Positions 41,701 to 52,150 of a DNA stretch of 64,000 bases are shown here, in pieces. The position numbers and the translations under genes are program-made. How positions within the stretch are numbered: position 1 is the first letter of the stretch; every line of letters starts with the position of its first letter. The notes under the pieces were generated by a model that made no database searches, was not told the origin of the DNA, and saw only the letters and a program-made list of their open reading frames with translations. Origin of the DNA: Spirochaetia bacterium (GTDB lineage Bacteria; Spirochaetota; Spirochaetia; DSM-2461); contig CAXXIA010000002.1 of assembly GCA_963666985.2 (NCBI GenBank), forward strand, positions 1,792,001 to 1,856,000, read 5' to 3'.

Positions 41701-41911
41701 ATCAAACAGCTGTTGATGCGCTCCGGCGTCAACTAGCGTTGCCGCCTCCGGGGCTTCGCCCAAATTTCGTTTTGGCCATGGTTCTTGCAGATGCGTTCCT
41801 GGAAGTTGTGTGATAGGCTCAAATACGAACAGGCTTTCTGATGAAGTGCAAGAACACATGCCAACCGGCTGCGCCGGACACGAAACTTCGCATACCAGCG
41901 GAACGTTTGAT
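41701..41911 (+). repeat. attC site 23
   Basis: Conserved attC arms. Confidence 0.9.
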
Positions 41912-42147
41912 GACAGAATTAATTTAGGAAATAGTTTTTCTCATTTTTTAAAAAAAGAGAAGGCAATTCCCCTCACAAATATCAATTTAAATTCGTGAAA
42001 AGCTCTGAAAGTTTTTGAGAAAAATCAAAGTGTTCCAGTTGTCGAGGTTGATTCTCCTGATATGAGTCTTGTTCAGTTGAATAAGAACAAGAGAGCCTTT
42101 TCACGGTGTTTGATCTTTATGGGCTTTGCTTAATTCCGTCATCAAAC
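41905..42147. repeat. ORF-less cassette family A, copy 4
   Basis: Highly similar to 5751-5993. Confidence 0.9.
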
Positions 42148-42410
42148 AGCTGTTGATACGCTCCGGCCGCTAAATCTCTTTAGCGGCCTTCGGGCCGAGA
42201 AGATGGTTATTAGTTGAGTGTTATGATATTTGCAAAGAGGAAATGAGATTGAAACGGCTCGGCCAAATTTCGCTTTGGCTGCTTTTGTTGAGATGTTTTG
42301 GTTCGTAATCTGTGGTAATGTTAAAAGCGAGCGGAGGTTCTGGTAATTCCGTGGGGCAGCCAACCGGCTCCGCCGGACGCGAAACTTCGCATACCAGCGG
42401 AACGTTAAAG
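42141..42410 (+). repeat. attC site 24 (long variant)
   Basis: Same variant as site 4. Confidence 0.9.
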
Positions 42411-43250
42411 GAAATTCGGACGACGGAATAAAAAGGGTCTCTTTTTTGAAGTGTTTTTCTATGGCAGGCCTTTCCCCTTCATTTGAACAAGTAACAGAAA
42501 CAGAATCCCTTTGAGTGGTCAGATCTTTTTAACAGGCCTTCCTTCTCTTTGAACGAAACAGGTCGTTTTGATGCGGCTTTCTCCTCACCCCCCTGCGCCT
42601 TTGAGATCATCTTCAAGAAAAAAGCCAAAAGCATCGGAATAAAACTCGCTTCGGGATCAGAAGCACTTAGTGATAAGGCGGTCGGTTCGGGAGAACTTGT
42701 GTCGTGAAGGTTTATGGTATTTAACGATAATGGGAATCGCTCATGAGAAAATCCTTATCCGTTGATGGTTATCGCTTCGGGAAATGAGGCGCTTCCGGTT
42801 TGATCGGTTCGCGAGAAAAGGGGTGGTAGCCAGAGAAAAATGAAGGGATGGAGATGAGAAGAATGGAGATTGTTTTCTCCGTGGTTTTGCCTTTGAGAAG
42901 AAGGCTGAATGCTTTAAGAGAATACCGGTGTAGAAGGAGAAGACGAACATTCTGATTTACAGAATCCGTCCTGAGAGAAAGAGGTCGGGAAAGGCGAATT
43001 GCATCGGATGATGGCCTGAGTAAAGTGATGAGGCGATGAAAGGGAGAATCGGGGTCAGTATGAGAGAATGGATAAGAGATTCCGTTAAATGAGTAAAAAG
43101 CGGAAGAGGGAAGTCTGTAAAAGGATGAATGAAGAAAAGATGAGAAGGAGAAGGGCAAGAAGAATCGAAACAAAGTGTCAGGTAAAACGGCGAGGAGGGG
43201 TGAGGAGAAGGAGATGTCTTTATAGATGCGTCGTCCGAACTTCCTTTAAC
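42404..43250. repeat. ORF-less purine-skewed cassette family B, copy 1
   Basis: About 845 bp; similar to 43449-44291 and 54553-57603; no conserved ORF. Confidence 0.85.
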
Positions 43251-43455
43251 AGCTGTTGATGCGCTCCGGCCGCTAAAGGTGTTTAGCGGCCTGCGGGGCT
43301 TCGCCCAAATTTCGTTTTGGCAATGGCTCTTGCAGATGCGTTTCTGAAAGTGGTGTGATAGAGTAAAGAGCGAACTGGCTTTCTGCTAAAAGCAAGAGCG
43401 CATGCCAACCGGCTACGCCGGACGCGAAACTTCGCATACCAGCGGACCGTTAAAG
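43244..43455 (+). repeat. attC site 25
   Basis: Conserved attC arms. Confidence 0.9.
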
Positions 43456-44291
43456 GAAATTCGGACGACGGAATAAAAAGGTCTTTTTAAGGTGTTTTTT
43501 TCTATGGCAGGCCTTTCCCCTTCATTTGAACAAGTAACAGAAACAGAATTTCTTTGAGTGTTCAGATCTTTTTAACAGGCCTTCCTTCTCTTTGAACAAA
43601 ACAGGTCGTTTTGATACGGCTTTCTCCTCACCCCCCTGCGCCTTTGAGATCATCTTCAAGAAAAAAGCCAAAAGCATCGGAATAAAACTCGCTTCGGGAT
43701 CAGAAGCACTTAGTGATAAGGCGGTCGGTTCGGGAGAACTTGTGTCGTGAAGGTTTATGGTTTTTAACGATTATGGGAATCGCTCATGAGAAAATTCTTA
43801 TCCGTTGATGGTTATCGCTTCGGGAAATGAGGCGCTTCCGGTTTGATAGGTTCGCGAGAAAAGGGGTGGTAGCCTGAGAAGAATGAAGGGATGGAGATGA
43901 GAAGAATGGAGATTGTTTTCTCCGTGGTTTTGCCTTTGAGAATAAGGCTGAATGCTTTGGAGAATACCGGTGTAGAAGGAGAAGACGAACATTCGGATTT
44001 ACAGAATCCGTCCTGAGAGAAAGAGGTCGGGAAAGGCGAATTGCATCGGATGAAGGCCTGAGTAAAGTGATGAGGTGATGAAAGGAAGAATCAGGGTCAG
44101 TATGAGAGAATGGATAGATATTCCGTTAAATGAGTAAAAAGCGGAAGAGGGAAGTCTGTAAAAGGATGAATGAAGAAAAGATGAGAAGGAGAAGGGCAAG
44201 AAGAATCGAAAAAAAGTGTCAGGTAAAACGGCGAGGAGGGGTGAGGGGAAGGAGAGGTTTTTATAGATGCGTCGTCCGAACTTCCTTTAAC
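43449..44291. repeat. ORF-less cassette family B, copy 2 (tandem)
   Basis: Close paralogue of 42404-43250 with indels. Confidence 0.85.
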
Positions 44292-44492
44292 AGCTGTTGA
44301 TGCGCTTCGGCCGCTAAAGGTGTTTAGCGGCCTGCGGGGCTCCGCCCAAATTTGCCTCTGTCATAGATTTTGCTTAAGTCTGTCGCTATGGTAAGATGAG
44401 TTGTAGTTAGCGGTTGAGGCTGTGAAGATTCGCAAAATCTCCGCCAGTCGCTTCGCGAGCGGCAAACTTCGCATACCAGCGGGCCGTTTTGT
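44285..44492 (+). repeat. attC site 26
   Basis: Conserved attC arms. Confidence 0.9.
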
Positions 44493-44529
44493 GAACAAAC
44501 CAGAAATTGAACCCAAGTCCTCTTAACGT

Positions 44530-44558
44530 TTGAGTTTGCTTTTTACATGTGCTATTAT
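44530..44558 (+). promoter_or_regulatory. Retron promoter
   Basis: TTGAGT-17-TATTAT with extended -10 TG; predicted start near 44565, the 5' end of the ncRNA. Confidence 0.6.
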
Positions 44559-44564
44559 TTTCTT

Positions 44565-44697
44565 GTCCTTAGCAAGAAGCCTCGGCTTCATTCGGTTGGT
44601 GTATAGCCGACCTGAGCGAATTGTTAGATATCTTCGCAAGAAGAGTCCTTTTATTGAGAATAAAAGGACTCTTCTTCCTCATGCCCTTAGTAAGGAC
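44565..44697 (+). ncRNA. Retron msr-msd RNA
   Basis: Terminal IR GTCCTTA/TAAGGAC; putative branching G at 44572 in TTAG context; two small msr stems; perfect 18-bp msd stem at 44638-44676. Confidence 0.82.
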
Positions 44698-44701
44698 TTT
44701 T

Positions 44702-45625
44702 ATGAATTGGAAGAATAATCCCAATTACCTAATAGCCAAAAGGGATTTTACGTTAGCGTTTTCCACGCGATTGTTAACAAATCTATACTATTCAATGCCA
44801 AAAATTGTTTTTATTTGTGGTGGCAAGCCGACAAATTTCGTTAATCGCGAGAAGATCGAGAGATACTTTGAAAAAAATCTAGAGAGATTCTTAACCTTCC
44901 GCGCTGAGAATGCCTGGAATGTAATACAGGAAAATTTAAGAGGTACAAATGCACTAGAATTGGAAGAATGGTTAGCAGATTTTTCAGATGTTGTAATTAT
45001 ACTAGTCGAGAGCTTTGGGACAGTTGCAGAGCTTGGCGCTTTCTCTATGAATTCAATACTAAGAAAAAAGGTTCTTCCAATTTTAGATACAAAATATGAA
45101 GGAGATGATTCTTTTATAAATACTGGACCAATAAAGTGGATCGATAAAGAGTCCAAATATTCTCCTTCGATATATGTTGATTTTAGTCTGATTTTGACGT
45201 GCATGGACGAGGTTGAACAAAGAATATCAAAGCGATATTGGGAGTATCACAACGTATCCAGGACCTATGGAAAATATGGATATACCAAAAAAGTTCTTCT
45301 CTATTTCTTTATTTATGTTTTGGCCTCATTAGGGCCGATTGACATTGATGAGATAGTTGAAATAACAAATAATCTTATCTCGTATCAAGATAAGAAAAAT
45401 ATTCAGTTTATCGTATCTATCGGTGTAGCCCTAAAGATTTTTCAAAAACGTAGTGTAATGGGCAATGTGTACTATACCTGCTCAAACTATCGGAAGCTTT
45501 TCTCAAGTCCAATCACTAAAGACCACCTGAAAAGGATTCAAAATATTCGAGCGAGAAATTTATCGTCACTACTGAAAATTAAGGACTTTGTAAAAGTTAT
45601 GGACTCGGCGAATGTCAATAGTTGA
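44702..45625 (+). CDS. Retron type II-A effector (St85/RcaT-like NDT-fold plus wHTH)
   Basis: IVFICGG, RAE, LEEWLADFSD and LVESFGTVAELGAF motifs; AAGGA RBS before ATG 44702. Confidence 0.85.
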   Translation: MNWKNNPNYLIAKRDFTLAFSTRLLTNLYYSMPKIVFICGGKPTNFVNREKIERYFEKNLERFLTFRAENAWNVIQENLRGTNALELEEWLADFSDVVIILVESFGTVAELGAFSMNSILRKKVLPILDTKYEGDDSFINTGPIKWIDKESKYSPSIYVDFSLILTCMDEVEQRISKRYWEYHNVSRTYGKYGYTKKVLLYFFIYVLASLGPIDIDEIVEITNNLISYQDKKNIQFIVSIGVALKIFQKRSVMGNVYYTCSNYRKLFSSPITKDHLKRIQNIRARNLSSLLKIKDFVKVMDSANVNS

Positions 45626-46538
45626 ATTAATTTCGAAACAAATGTTACTAGAGGAAGATTATCTCCTCACAATATCAAAAAGTTCGTCTGCAAGATACAA
45701 ACGTTTCACTATTAAAAAACGGAATGGCGGTGATCGAGTAATTTACCAACCTTCAAAAGAATTGAAATCAATTCAAAGAGTTCTTCTCGATATGTTTTTG
45801 TCTAAACTTCCTATTCACTCTTATGCATATGCATACAAGAGTGGAACAACCACAAGAGATTGTCTTCAAAATCATTCGGAGAACAAATATTTTCTTAAAC
45901 TTGATATGCAAGACTTTTTTTACAGTATAACAAATAGCGATCTCGACAAATACTTTAAAGATATTAGGAGGGAAGACATTATACACCTCTCATCTTGTGA
46001 TATAACTTTTATCAAAGATATTTGTTGTTTTAACAAAAGACTTGTAATCGGAGCCGTTACATCTCCAACATTATCAAATGCAGTTTGTTTTAATCTAGAT
46101 CAAAAGATATCACTACTCTGTGAAAGTCTGGAGGTTGAATATAGTAGATATGCCGATGATTTAATTTTTTCCACAATGAAAAGAAATGCGTTATCAAAGC
46201 TTCCTATTCAGATTGAAGCTTTACTAAAGAAAATTTCTTATCCAAGCGCGTTACGTTTGAATCATAACAAAACTCGATATTATTCGCATAATAATGCAGT
46301 AAAGATATTAGGTCTTAAAATTACTAACACCGCAGAAATTTCGATTGGCCGACAAAAAAAACGCGAAATTAGAAGTAAAGTGTACAAGTGGAATCACCTC
46401 AATCCCGATGAAAAAAAGCATCTTCAAGGATTTTTGGCTTATTGCAGAAGTGTAGATCCGGTCTTCATTGATGAGTTGTGTCTAAAATATAAAGCAGAGC
46501 GAATTAACGATATAATCCATTATAGTGGAAAAGGCTAA
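45612..46538 (+). CDS. Retron reverse transcriptase
   Basis: KKRNGGDRVIYQP, KLDMQDFF, GAVTSPTLSN, YSRYADD and ILGL motifs. Confidence 0.92.
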   Translation: MSIVELISKQMLLEEDYLLTISKSSSARYKRFTIKKRNGGDRVIYQPSKELKSIQRVLLDMFLSKLPIHSYAYAYKSGTTTRDCLQNHSENKYFLKLDMQDFFYSITNSDLDKYFKDIRREDIIHLSSCDITFIKDICCFNKRLVIGAVTSPTLSNAVCFNLDQKISLLCESLEVEYSRYADDLIFSTMKRNALSKLPIQIEALLKKISYPSALRLNHNKTRYYSHNNAVKILGLKITNTAEISIGRQKKREIRSKVYKWNHLNPDEKKHLQGFLAYCRSVDPVFIDELCLKYKAERINDIIHYSGKG

Positions 46539-46582
46539 AATTTTTTCTGGGCTTGTTACAAAGGTAATCTAGGCGTTTGTTC

Positions 46583-46799
46583 ACAAAACAGCTGTTGATG
46601 CGCTCCAGCTGATAACGAGGTTATCAGCCTCCGGGCCTTCGGCCAAATTTCGTTTTGGCGATGGCTCTTGCAGATGCGTTTCCGAAAGTGATGTGATACC
46701 ATCAAAGGCGAACAAAGCATTGCAGTAGAAGAGCAAGAGCACATGCCAACCGGCTTTCAGCCGGACACGAAACATTCGCATAACAGCGGAACGTTAAGC
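46583..46799 (+). repeat. attC site 27
   Basis: Conserved attC arms. Confidence 0.9.
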
Positions 46800-46817
46800 G
46801 TATTGCCATTTAGTGTT

Positions 46818-48160
46818 TGAGCGACCAGGACATCCTTTACATTTTAGGTTCAGGACATCGTTTACACAAAACAAGCTTAAACGAAGCATTTGAATCCATC
46901 AACTGAAGGGAGAAAGGCATAGGTTTTCAAATCAATTTCTCCCAATCTGAGATTGTCAAACCATACGGTGAAGCTCTCATCCTCATTCTCCCGAAGTCCA
47001 ACTTGGTATCCTGAAAAGACATAACTGACAAAGACTCTATGCCTGTCGATAGTAACGGCTCCCCGATTATTCACCATTCTCACCAGATACCCGGCCGGGT
47101 AGATCACCTGAGGGATTCGAGGAGGGAAAGGCCGATTGGACTTTGTGTAAATACTTCCGGGAGTCTGCATTTTGAGAGCTTCATGCGGACGAACACTGTT
47201 GAATTGATTTCTCCAAACATCAAAGTGTGCCTGATGTTCTGAGAGGTTCCCTTGAATCTGTCCCTGCAATTCGCGTTTGATATCGGCATGCATTCTTTCA
47301 TGCCCTCCGTTTTCACAAGGCCTTCCTGGAGTGATGCGATCAAGTTCAATTCCCAAGGCCAGCCACCAAACACTTAAGCGGGTGAGTCCGAGTAATCCCT
47401 TCATGGAAGCAAAGGGTGGTCCGTTATCGGAGCGGATTACCCGAGGGATTCCATAGAGAGAAAAGAGCTTTTCGAACTCTGTTCTAACTTCTTGTGTGTC
47501 AGCCTTTTGGAGAGCTTTGATGGTGAAGATGTATTTGGAGTATTCATCCCGAACCGTCAGAGGTTCACACTTTTCATTATCGGGAGTGTACCACCATCCT
47601 TTGAAGTCGACCGTCCAGATATCATTAGGGGCTTTGGCCTGCAGATGTGTTTGGATTCGGCTGCCTTTGGTCTGCTGCCGTTTCTTTCGATGATGAACCA
47701 GTCCTGCTTTATCAAGGATGCGTTTGACGGTGGTGAGGCTTGGGGGATTATTATGAGGATGGGTCTTCTGGTAGATCTCGAGAATCTTTTTTGGCCCCCA
47801 GCTGGAGTTGTGCAACGTCTTGATCCGGATAATACCGCATATAACGTCTTCAGGCGTTTGGTTGGGGCTGCTGCGAGGTCTACGGGGTCGTTCCTTCAAC
47901 CCGGCGAGCCCTTCCTGGATAAACCGGTTTTTCCATTTAAGGCCTGTCGGCCGGGAGATCCCGTACTCAGCACAGAGGTCTTTCATACAGACATGGGGAT
48001 CCATGGCCTTGAGGGCGAACTCGAATTTGACGTCCATAATATTGGTCTCCTTCCACGGCATAACCAGCACCTCGATAAGGGAAAGTGCTGATCATTTTAG
48101 TTCTTGTCGTGTAAAGGATGTCCTGGTACTCTCGTGTAAACGATGTCCTGAACCCGTACC
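46818..48160 (-). mobile_element. IS481-family copy 4
   Basis: 1343 bp; TSD TGTT. Confidence 0.9.
46877..48070 (-). CDS. IS481-family transposase
   Basis: Identical protein to 6334-7527. Confidence 0.93.
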   Translation of the reverse strand: MLVMPWKETNIMDVKFEFALKAMDPHVCMKDLCAEYGISRPTGLKWKNRFIQEGLAGLKERPRRPRSSPNQTPEDVICGIIRIKTLHNSSWGPKKILEIYQKTHPHNNPPSLTTVKRILDKAGLVHHRKKRQQTKGSRIQTHLQAKAPNDIWTVDFKGWWYTPDNEKCEPLTVRDEYSKYIFTIKALQKADTQEVRTEFEKLFSLYGIPRVIRSDNGPPFASMKGLLGLTRLSVWWLALGIELDRITPGRPCENGGHERMHADIKRELQGQIQGNLSEHQAHFDVWRNQFNSVRPHEALKMQTPGSIYTKSNRPFPPRIPQVIYPAGYLVRMVNNRGAVTIDRHRVFVSYVFSGYQVGLRENEDESFTVWFDNLRLGEIDLKTYAFLPSVDGFKCFV

Positions 48161-48209
48161 TGTTGAGTGTTTTTACAATTGGCTAATATTTTGAAAGTAC
48201 GAGGAAAAT

Positions 48210-49154
48210 ATGGAAGAAAAAAAGCATCGAGGAACAATCTCTATAAAAAATTTGATGTTATTTTTAGTAGTATTCATTCTAGGACTCGTTACTAATCAAA
48301 TTATATCACAAGTTCTTAGCGGTGAGGTAACTACTTTTACCACTTTAGATCTTATAAATTTTGTTGTAACAATATTGCTTTCAGCGGCATCTATTGTTTT
48401 AGCTGTCACTTCTATTTTGCTGGGAAAAACTGCTGAAGAAGAATTAAATCGAAAGACTACTGAGAGCATTCGTCTTCAAAACGAGGTTTTTATGCGAACG
48501 AATGAAGTTTTAAATAGAATTGAATCTTCCACTGGCGTAACAGAAAAGAGGATAGAAGATATAATTTCAGGTCGAGTTGGAGACATTTCAAGCAGAATTG
48601 CACACATTGCTACAAGTAGGAGTAATAAGTCAAAAAAAGAGATTGAGAATGAAGTTAAACAATCAATTGTCAGTGGTCTGAAAAAGGATAATGAAAAGAC
48701 TGAAGAGGAAAGGGCGATTGAGAAGATTGAGAAGGAAAGAGTAGAGAGATATAAAAATTTTCATCAGTTAATTTTGAGAGCATTTGCAAATCGAGATGAT
48801 ACCTATGTAATAAAAACGTTACACGGAAGTTTTCAATCAGAGAGTGAAGGATTGTTTGATGGTGTGTACAAGGTTGGGGATAAAATTATTGGTGTAAGTG
48901 CAATGCTGATTGAATTAGAAAGACCAGAAACTATATCAGAATACATAATGAAAATTGCTAAAGAAATTATAAACGGGGAAACTAGTCAGGTCTATTTATT
49001 TCTTTACGATGCAAAGGAAGAAGCTTTTACAGAATACTATAAAAAAGAACTAGAAATACTAAAAGGCAATCCCAGCGAAAGAATTCATTTTTATTCTAGT
49101 AATTGCGATCAGGTTGAAAGTCTGATAAGTAAACTTGAAATAGCAAAAGTATAA
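48210..49154 (+). CDS. Hypothetical protein: 2 N-terminal TM helices, coiled coil, alpha/beta C-terminal domain
   Basis: 314-aa ORF with RBS GAGG, fills the cassette. Confidence 0.8.
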   Translation: MEEKKHRGTISIKNLMLFLVVFILGLVTNQIISQVLSGEVTTFTTLDLINFVVTILLSAASIVLAVTSILLGKTAEEELNRKTTESIRLQNEVFMRTNEVLNRIESSTGVTEKRIEDIISGRVGDISSRIAHIATSRSNKSKKEIENEVKQSIVSGLKKDNEKTEEERAIEKIEKERVERYKNFHQLILRAFANRDDTYVIKTLHGSFQSESEGLFDGVYKVGDKIIGVSAMLIELERPETISEYIMKIAKEIINGETSQVYLFLYDAKEEAFTEYYKKELEILKGNPSERIHFYSSNCDQVESLISKLEIAKV

Positions 49155-49165
49155 TGAAGCAATAC

Positions 49166-49374
49166 GCTTAACAGCTGTTGATGCGCTCCGGCCGCTAAAA
49201 GTGTTTAGCGGCCTTCGGGGCTTCGCCCAAATTCGTCTCTGTCATAGATTTTGCGAATGGCTGGCGAGTATGATAGGATGTCTTTCAGTAAACGGTTGCA
49301 ATTGTTCTGAGAGGCAAAATCTTTGCCAGCCGCTTCGCGGACGACGAACTTCGCATAACAGCGGGCCGTTTGGC
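49166..49374 (+). repeat. attC site 28
   Basis: Conserved attC arms. Confidence 0.9.
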
Positions 49375-49410
49375 GAAATTTCCAAAAGGCCTTTTTTTAT
49401 CTCTATAACG

Positions 49411-50397
49411 TTAGTCTACAGAGTAAGAAAGAAGGCCACTAGCTAAATCTGCCAGATAGATAAAGTTTCCATCACCCCAAACTCCATAGGCTGAATTGCA
49501 TTGGTCGTCGGAATCAATAAATTTCAGGTTACCCGAAGAATCAGCTTTATAGGAGAGAAGGCCACCGAAGTTATTTGCCAGATAGAGGTAGTCTCCATCA
49601 CCCCAAACTTCCATGGCGTTACCGCCCTGGTCGTCGGAATCGATAAATTCCAAGTTACCCGAAGAATCAACCTTATAGGAGAGAAGGCCACTACGGCTAT
49701 TTGCCAGATAGATGAATTCTCCATCACTCCAAACGCCATAGGCGTAACCGCCTTGATCGTCGGAATCGATAAATTCCAGGTTACCAGAAGAATCAACCTT
49801 ATAGGAGAGAAGGCCACTGCTGTAATTTGCCAGATAGATAAAGTCACCATCACCCCAAACGCCCCAGGCTGAACCGCCTTGGTCGTCAGAATCGATAAAT
49901 TCCAGGTTACCAGAAGAATCCACCATATAAGAGAGGAGACCACTATCGCTATTTGCCAAATAGATGAAGTCACCATCACCCCAAACTCCCACTGCATGAC
50001 CGCCTTGGTCGTCAGAATCGATAAATTCCAAGTTACCTGATGAATCTACATTATAGGAGAGTAGGCCACTTTCACCATCTGCCAGATAGATGTAATCTCC
50101 ATCACCCCAAACTTCAACGGCGGTTCCGCCCTTATCATCGGAATCAATAAATTCTAGATTGCCTGACGAATCTACCTTATAGGAGAGAAGGCCAATTGGG
50201 CCATTTGCAAGATAGATGAAGTCTCCATCACCCCAAACTCCATAGCCAATACCGCCTATGTCGTTGGAATCGATGAAGGTTAGATAACCTGATTTCTCGT
50301 TGTCTACATCGGATGATGGATTGCTACATCCTGCAGCGAAAATAATAAGTACCACAGAAAGAATAACATAAAAGATTTTATGTAAGGGTTGTTTCAT
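49411..50397 (-). CDS. LVIVD-like repeat beta-propeller lipoprotein
   Basis: Lipobox AAG-C; seven 42-aa repeats (GVWGDGDFIYLA...GLLSY.VDSSGNLEFIDSDD). Confidence 0.82.
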   Translation of the reverse strand: MKQPLHKIFYVILSVVLIIFAAGCSNPSSDVDNEKSGYLTFIDSNDIGGIGYGVWGDGDFIYLANGPIGLLSYKVDSSGNLEFIDSDDKGGTAVEVWGDGDYIYLADGESGLLSYNVDSSGNLEFIDSDDQGGHAVGVWGDGDFIYLANSDSGLLSYMVDSSGNLEFIDSDDQGGSAWGVWGDGDFIYLANYSSGLLSYKVDSSGNLEFIDSDDQGGYAYGVWSDGEFIYLANSRSGLLSYKVDSSGNLEFIDSDDQGGNAMEVWGDGDYLYLANNFGGLLSYKADSSGNLKFIDSDDQCNSAYGVWGDGNFIYLADLASGLLSYSVD

Positions 50398-50657
50398 TAC
50401 CCCCTCCATTAACACAGATTAACCCTTAAGGAAATATAAATATATCTAATTATATATGTTGCAATAACGAACATTAACACACCCCTATGAAATAAAACAA
50501 GAGTATTGTCGATAAGGCCTTTATAGGGATAAAAAACGCGTATACGCCGATGGTCTTCCTAAAGAATTATCATCGCTTTTCATCTATATTATATGGAAAT
50601 CAAGAAGCTTTTAGTTTTAGGGCAAAACGATAAGAGGACGTTCAGATCGGAAACTTC

Positions 50658-50867
50658 GCCAAACAGCTGTTGATGCGCTCCGAATACATTTGCATGCAAA
50701 TGTATTCTCCGGGGCTTCGCCCAAATTTGCCTCTGTTACAGATTTTGCGAGAGGCTGCGACCGTGGTAAGATGAGTTGCAGTATGCGGATGAGGTTGTGA
50801 AGAATCGCAAAATCTCCGCCAGTCGCTACGCGAACGGCAAACTTCGCATACCAGCGGCCCGTTTAAT
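50658..50867 (+). repeat. attC site 29
   Basis: Conserved attC arms. Confidence 0.9.
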
Positions 50868-50933
50868 GAAAAAGCCAGAAGGCATTTCACCGCCTCGGCA
50901 TCCATGCCTCGGCGAGTAGATTGAATTAGGAGT

Positions 50934-51206
50934 ATGAAAACTATGAATGTAAGAGACATTCTCATTGTCAAAAAAGCAAAGAAAATAGAGAACTTCGATC
51001 CTATTGTCCTTGGAACACAGACGCTCACCAATGTGAGCAAAGAACAAACTGATAAGGATGCTAGTTCCCATAACGGATTTGAGTTAGGTACACAAACTAG
51101 AACATTTACTCAAGAAGAAATGACAGACAGTGATACAGACAGAATACAACTTGGTACTCAGACTGTGACGAAACATATGGCTGAGGGTACAGACGAAGAT
51201 CGATGA
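50934..51206 (+). CDS. Graspetide (ATP-grasp RiPP) precursor with three cores
   Basis: Three copies of LGTQTxTxxxxExTDxD after a leader; start may be ATG 50943. Confidence 0.85.
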   Translation: MKTMNVRDILIVKKAKKIENFDPIVLGTQTLTNVSKEQTDKDASSHNGFELGTQTRTFTQEEMTDSDTDRIQLGTQTVTKHMAEGTDEDR

Positions 51207-52150
51207 TTCTTCTAGTTACAAATACCGAAGATAAAACAGCTGACTACCTAGAGAGAAATACAAAGAATTCCTTCTTACGTTTCAATACTGAGAAATTTCT
51301 GACAGAGTATAAACTCTCGTATTCGAACAGTGGATTCGAACTACAACATGTCTTATCAGGGAAAATTGTCACAAATCAGAATTTAAAAGGAGTGATCTAT
51401 CGTAGACCAACTTATCCTGACGTGTCAGCTGATGACGGATCCACGAAGCTTCAAGAAGAATTGAGGAATGAAGCTCGAATAATATACGAATCAATACTAG
51501 GTAGTATTGATACAAGATGGATCAGTGAACCATATAGCGTGAGGAAAGCAGAAAATAAACTACTACAACTCAAGTATGCAAGAAATGTAGGTCTTTCAAC
51601 ACCAAAAACAATTGTGTCAAATGATAAAAACCAGGTAGAGGAGTTTTTACGAACGGCAAATTCAAGGTTGTGCATTAAGCCTATGCATCTTGGCATATTC
51701 GAGATAAAAGACGAAATCTACATACCATACAATACAATAATTTCTTATGAAGATATTTCTGCAGTTGATAACTATCCAACCTTGATACAAGAATATGTCG
51801 AAAAACAATATGAAGTTAGGGTGGTTATAATCGGAGAAGCCGTTTTTTCTATCAGAATAGATTCTCAAAAGAATGCTGATACGAAATTTGACTGGAGAAC
51901 AAATAACTGTATGGCTGTTGAATACTCAATTACAGAAATACCTTTTGAAATAGAGAATAAATGTAAGCAGTTAATGAGTGAATTTAATGTAAATTTCGCT
52001 TCAATGGATCTTGCCATCAATGAGAACGGAGAATATGTGTTTCTAGACTTGAACCCTAACGGTCAATGGGCTTGGCTAGACGAATTATTGAATTTAAACA
52101 TGACTAACGCCTTCATCGATTTTTTCGACAAAGGAGATAAATATGTTTGA
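51203..52150 (+). CDS. MvdC/MvdD-type ATP-grasp peptide macrocyclase
   Basis: AENKLLQL, PKTIVSN, QEYVEK.YEVRV, IDSQ, DWR and FLDLNPNGQWAWL motifs. Confidence 0.9.
   Translation: MILLVTNTEDKTADYLERNTKNSFLRFNTEKFLTEYKLSYSNSGFELQHVLSGKIVTNQNLKGVIYRRPTYPDVSADDGSTKLQEELRNEARIIYESILGSIDTRWISEPYSVRKAENKLLQLKYARNVGLSTPKTIVSNDKNQVEEFLRTANSRLCIKPMHLGIFEIKDEIYIPYNTIISYEDISAVDNYPTLIQEYVEKQYEVRVVIIGEAVFSIRIDSQKNADTKFDWRTNNCMAVEYSITEIPFEIENKCKQLMSEFNVNFASMDLAINENGEYVFLDLNPNGQWAWLDELLNLNMTNAFIDFFDKGDKYV

Noticed and set aside
42741..44199. Phe/Ser-rich minus-strand ORFs in family B cassettes
   Set aside because: Low-complexity products of purine skew; frames are not conserved between copies
44621..44701. 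N-terminal extension of the retron effector from TTG 44621
   Set aside because: It runs through the msd hairpin; ATG 44702 has an RBS and gives a typical 307-aa effector
45612..46538. RT as a group II intron or DGR enzyme
   Set aside because: No maturase domain, intron structure or TR/VR pair; retron ncRNA and effector are adjacent
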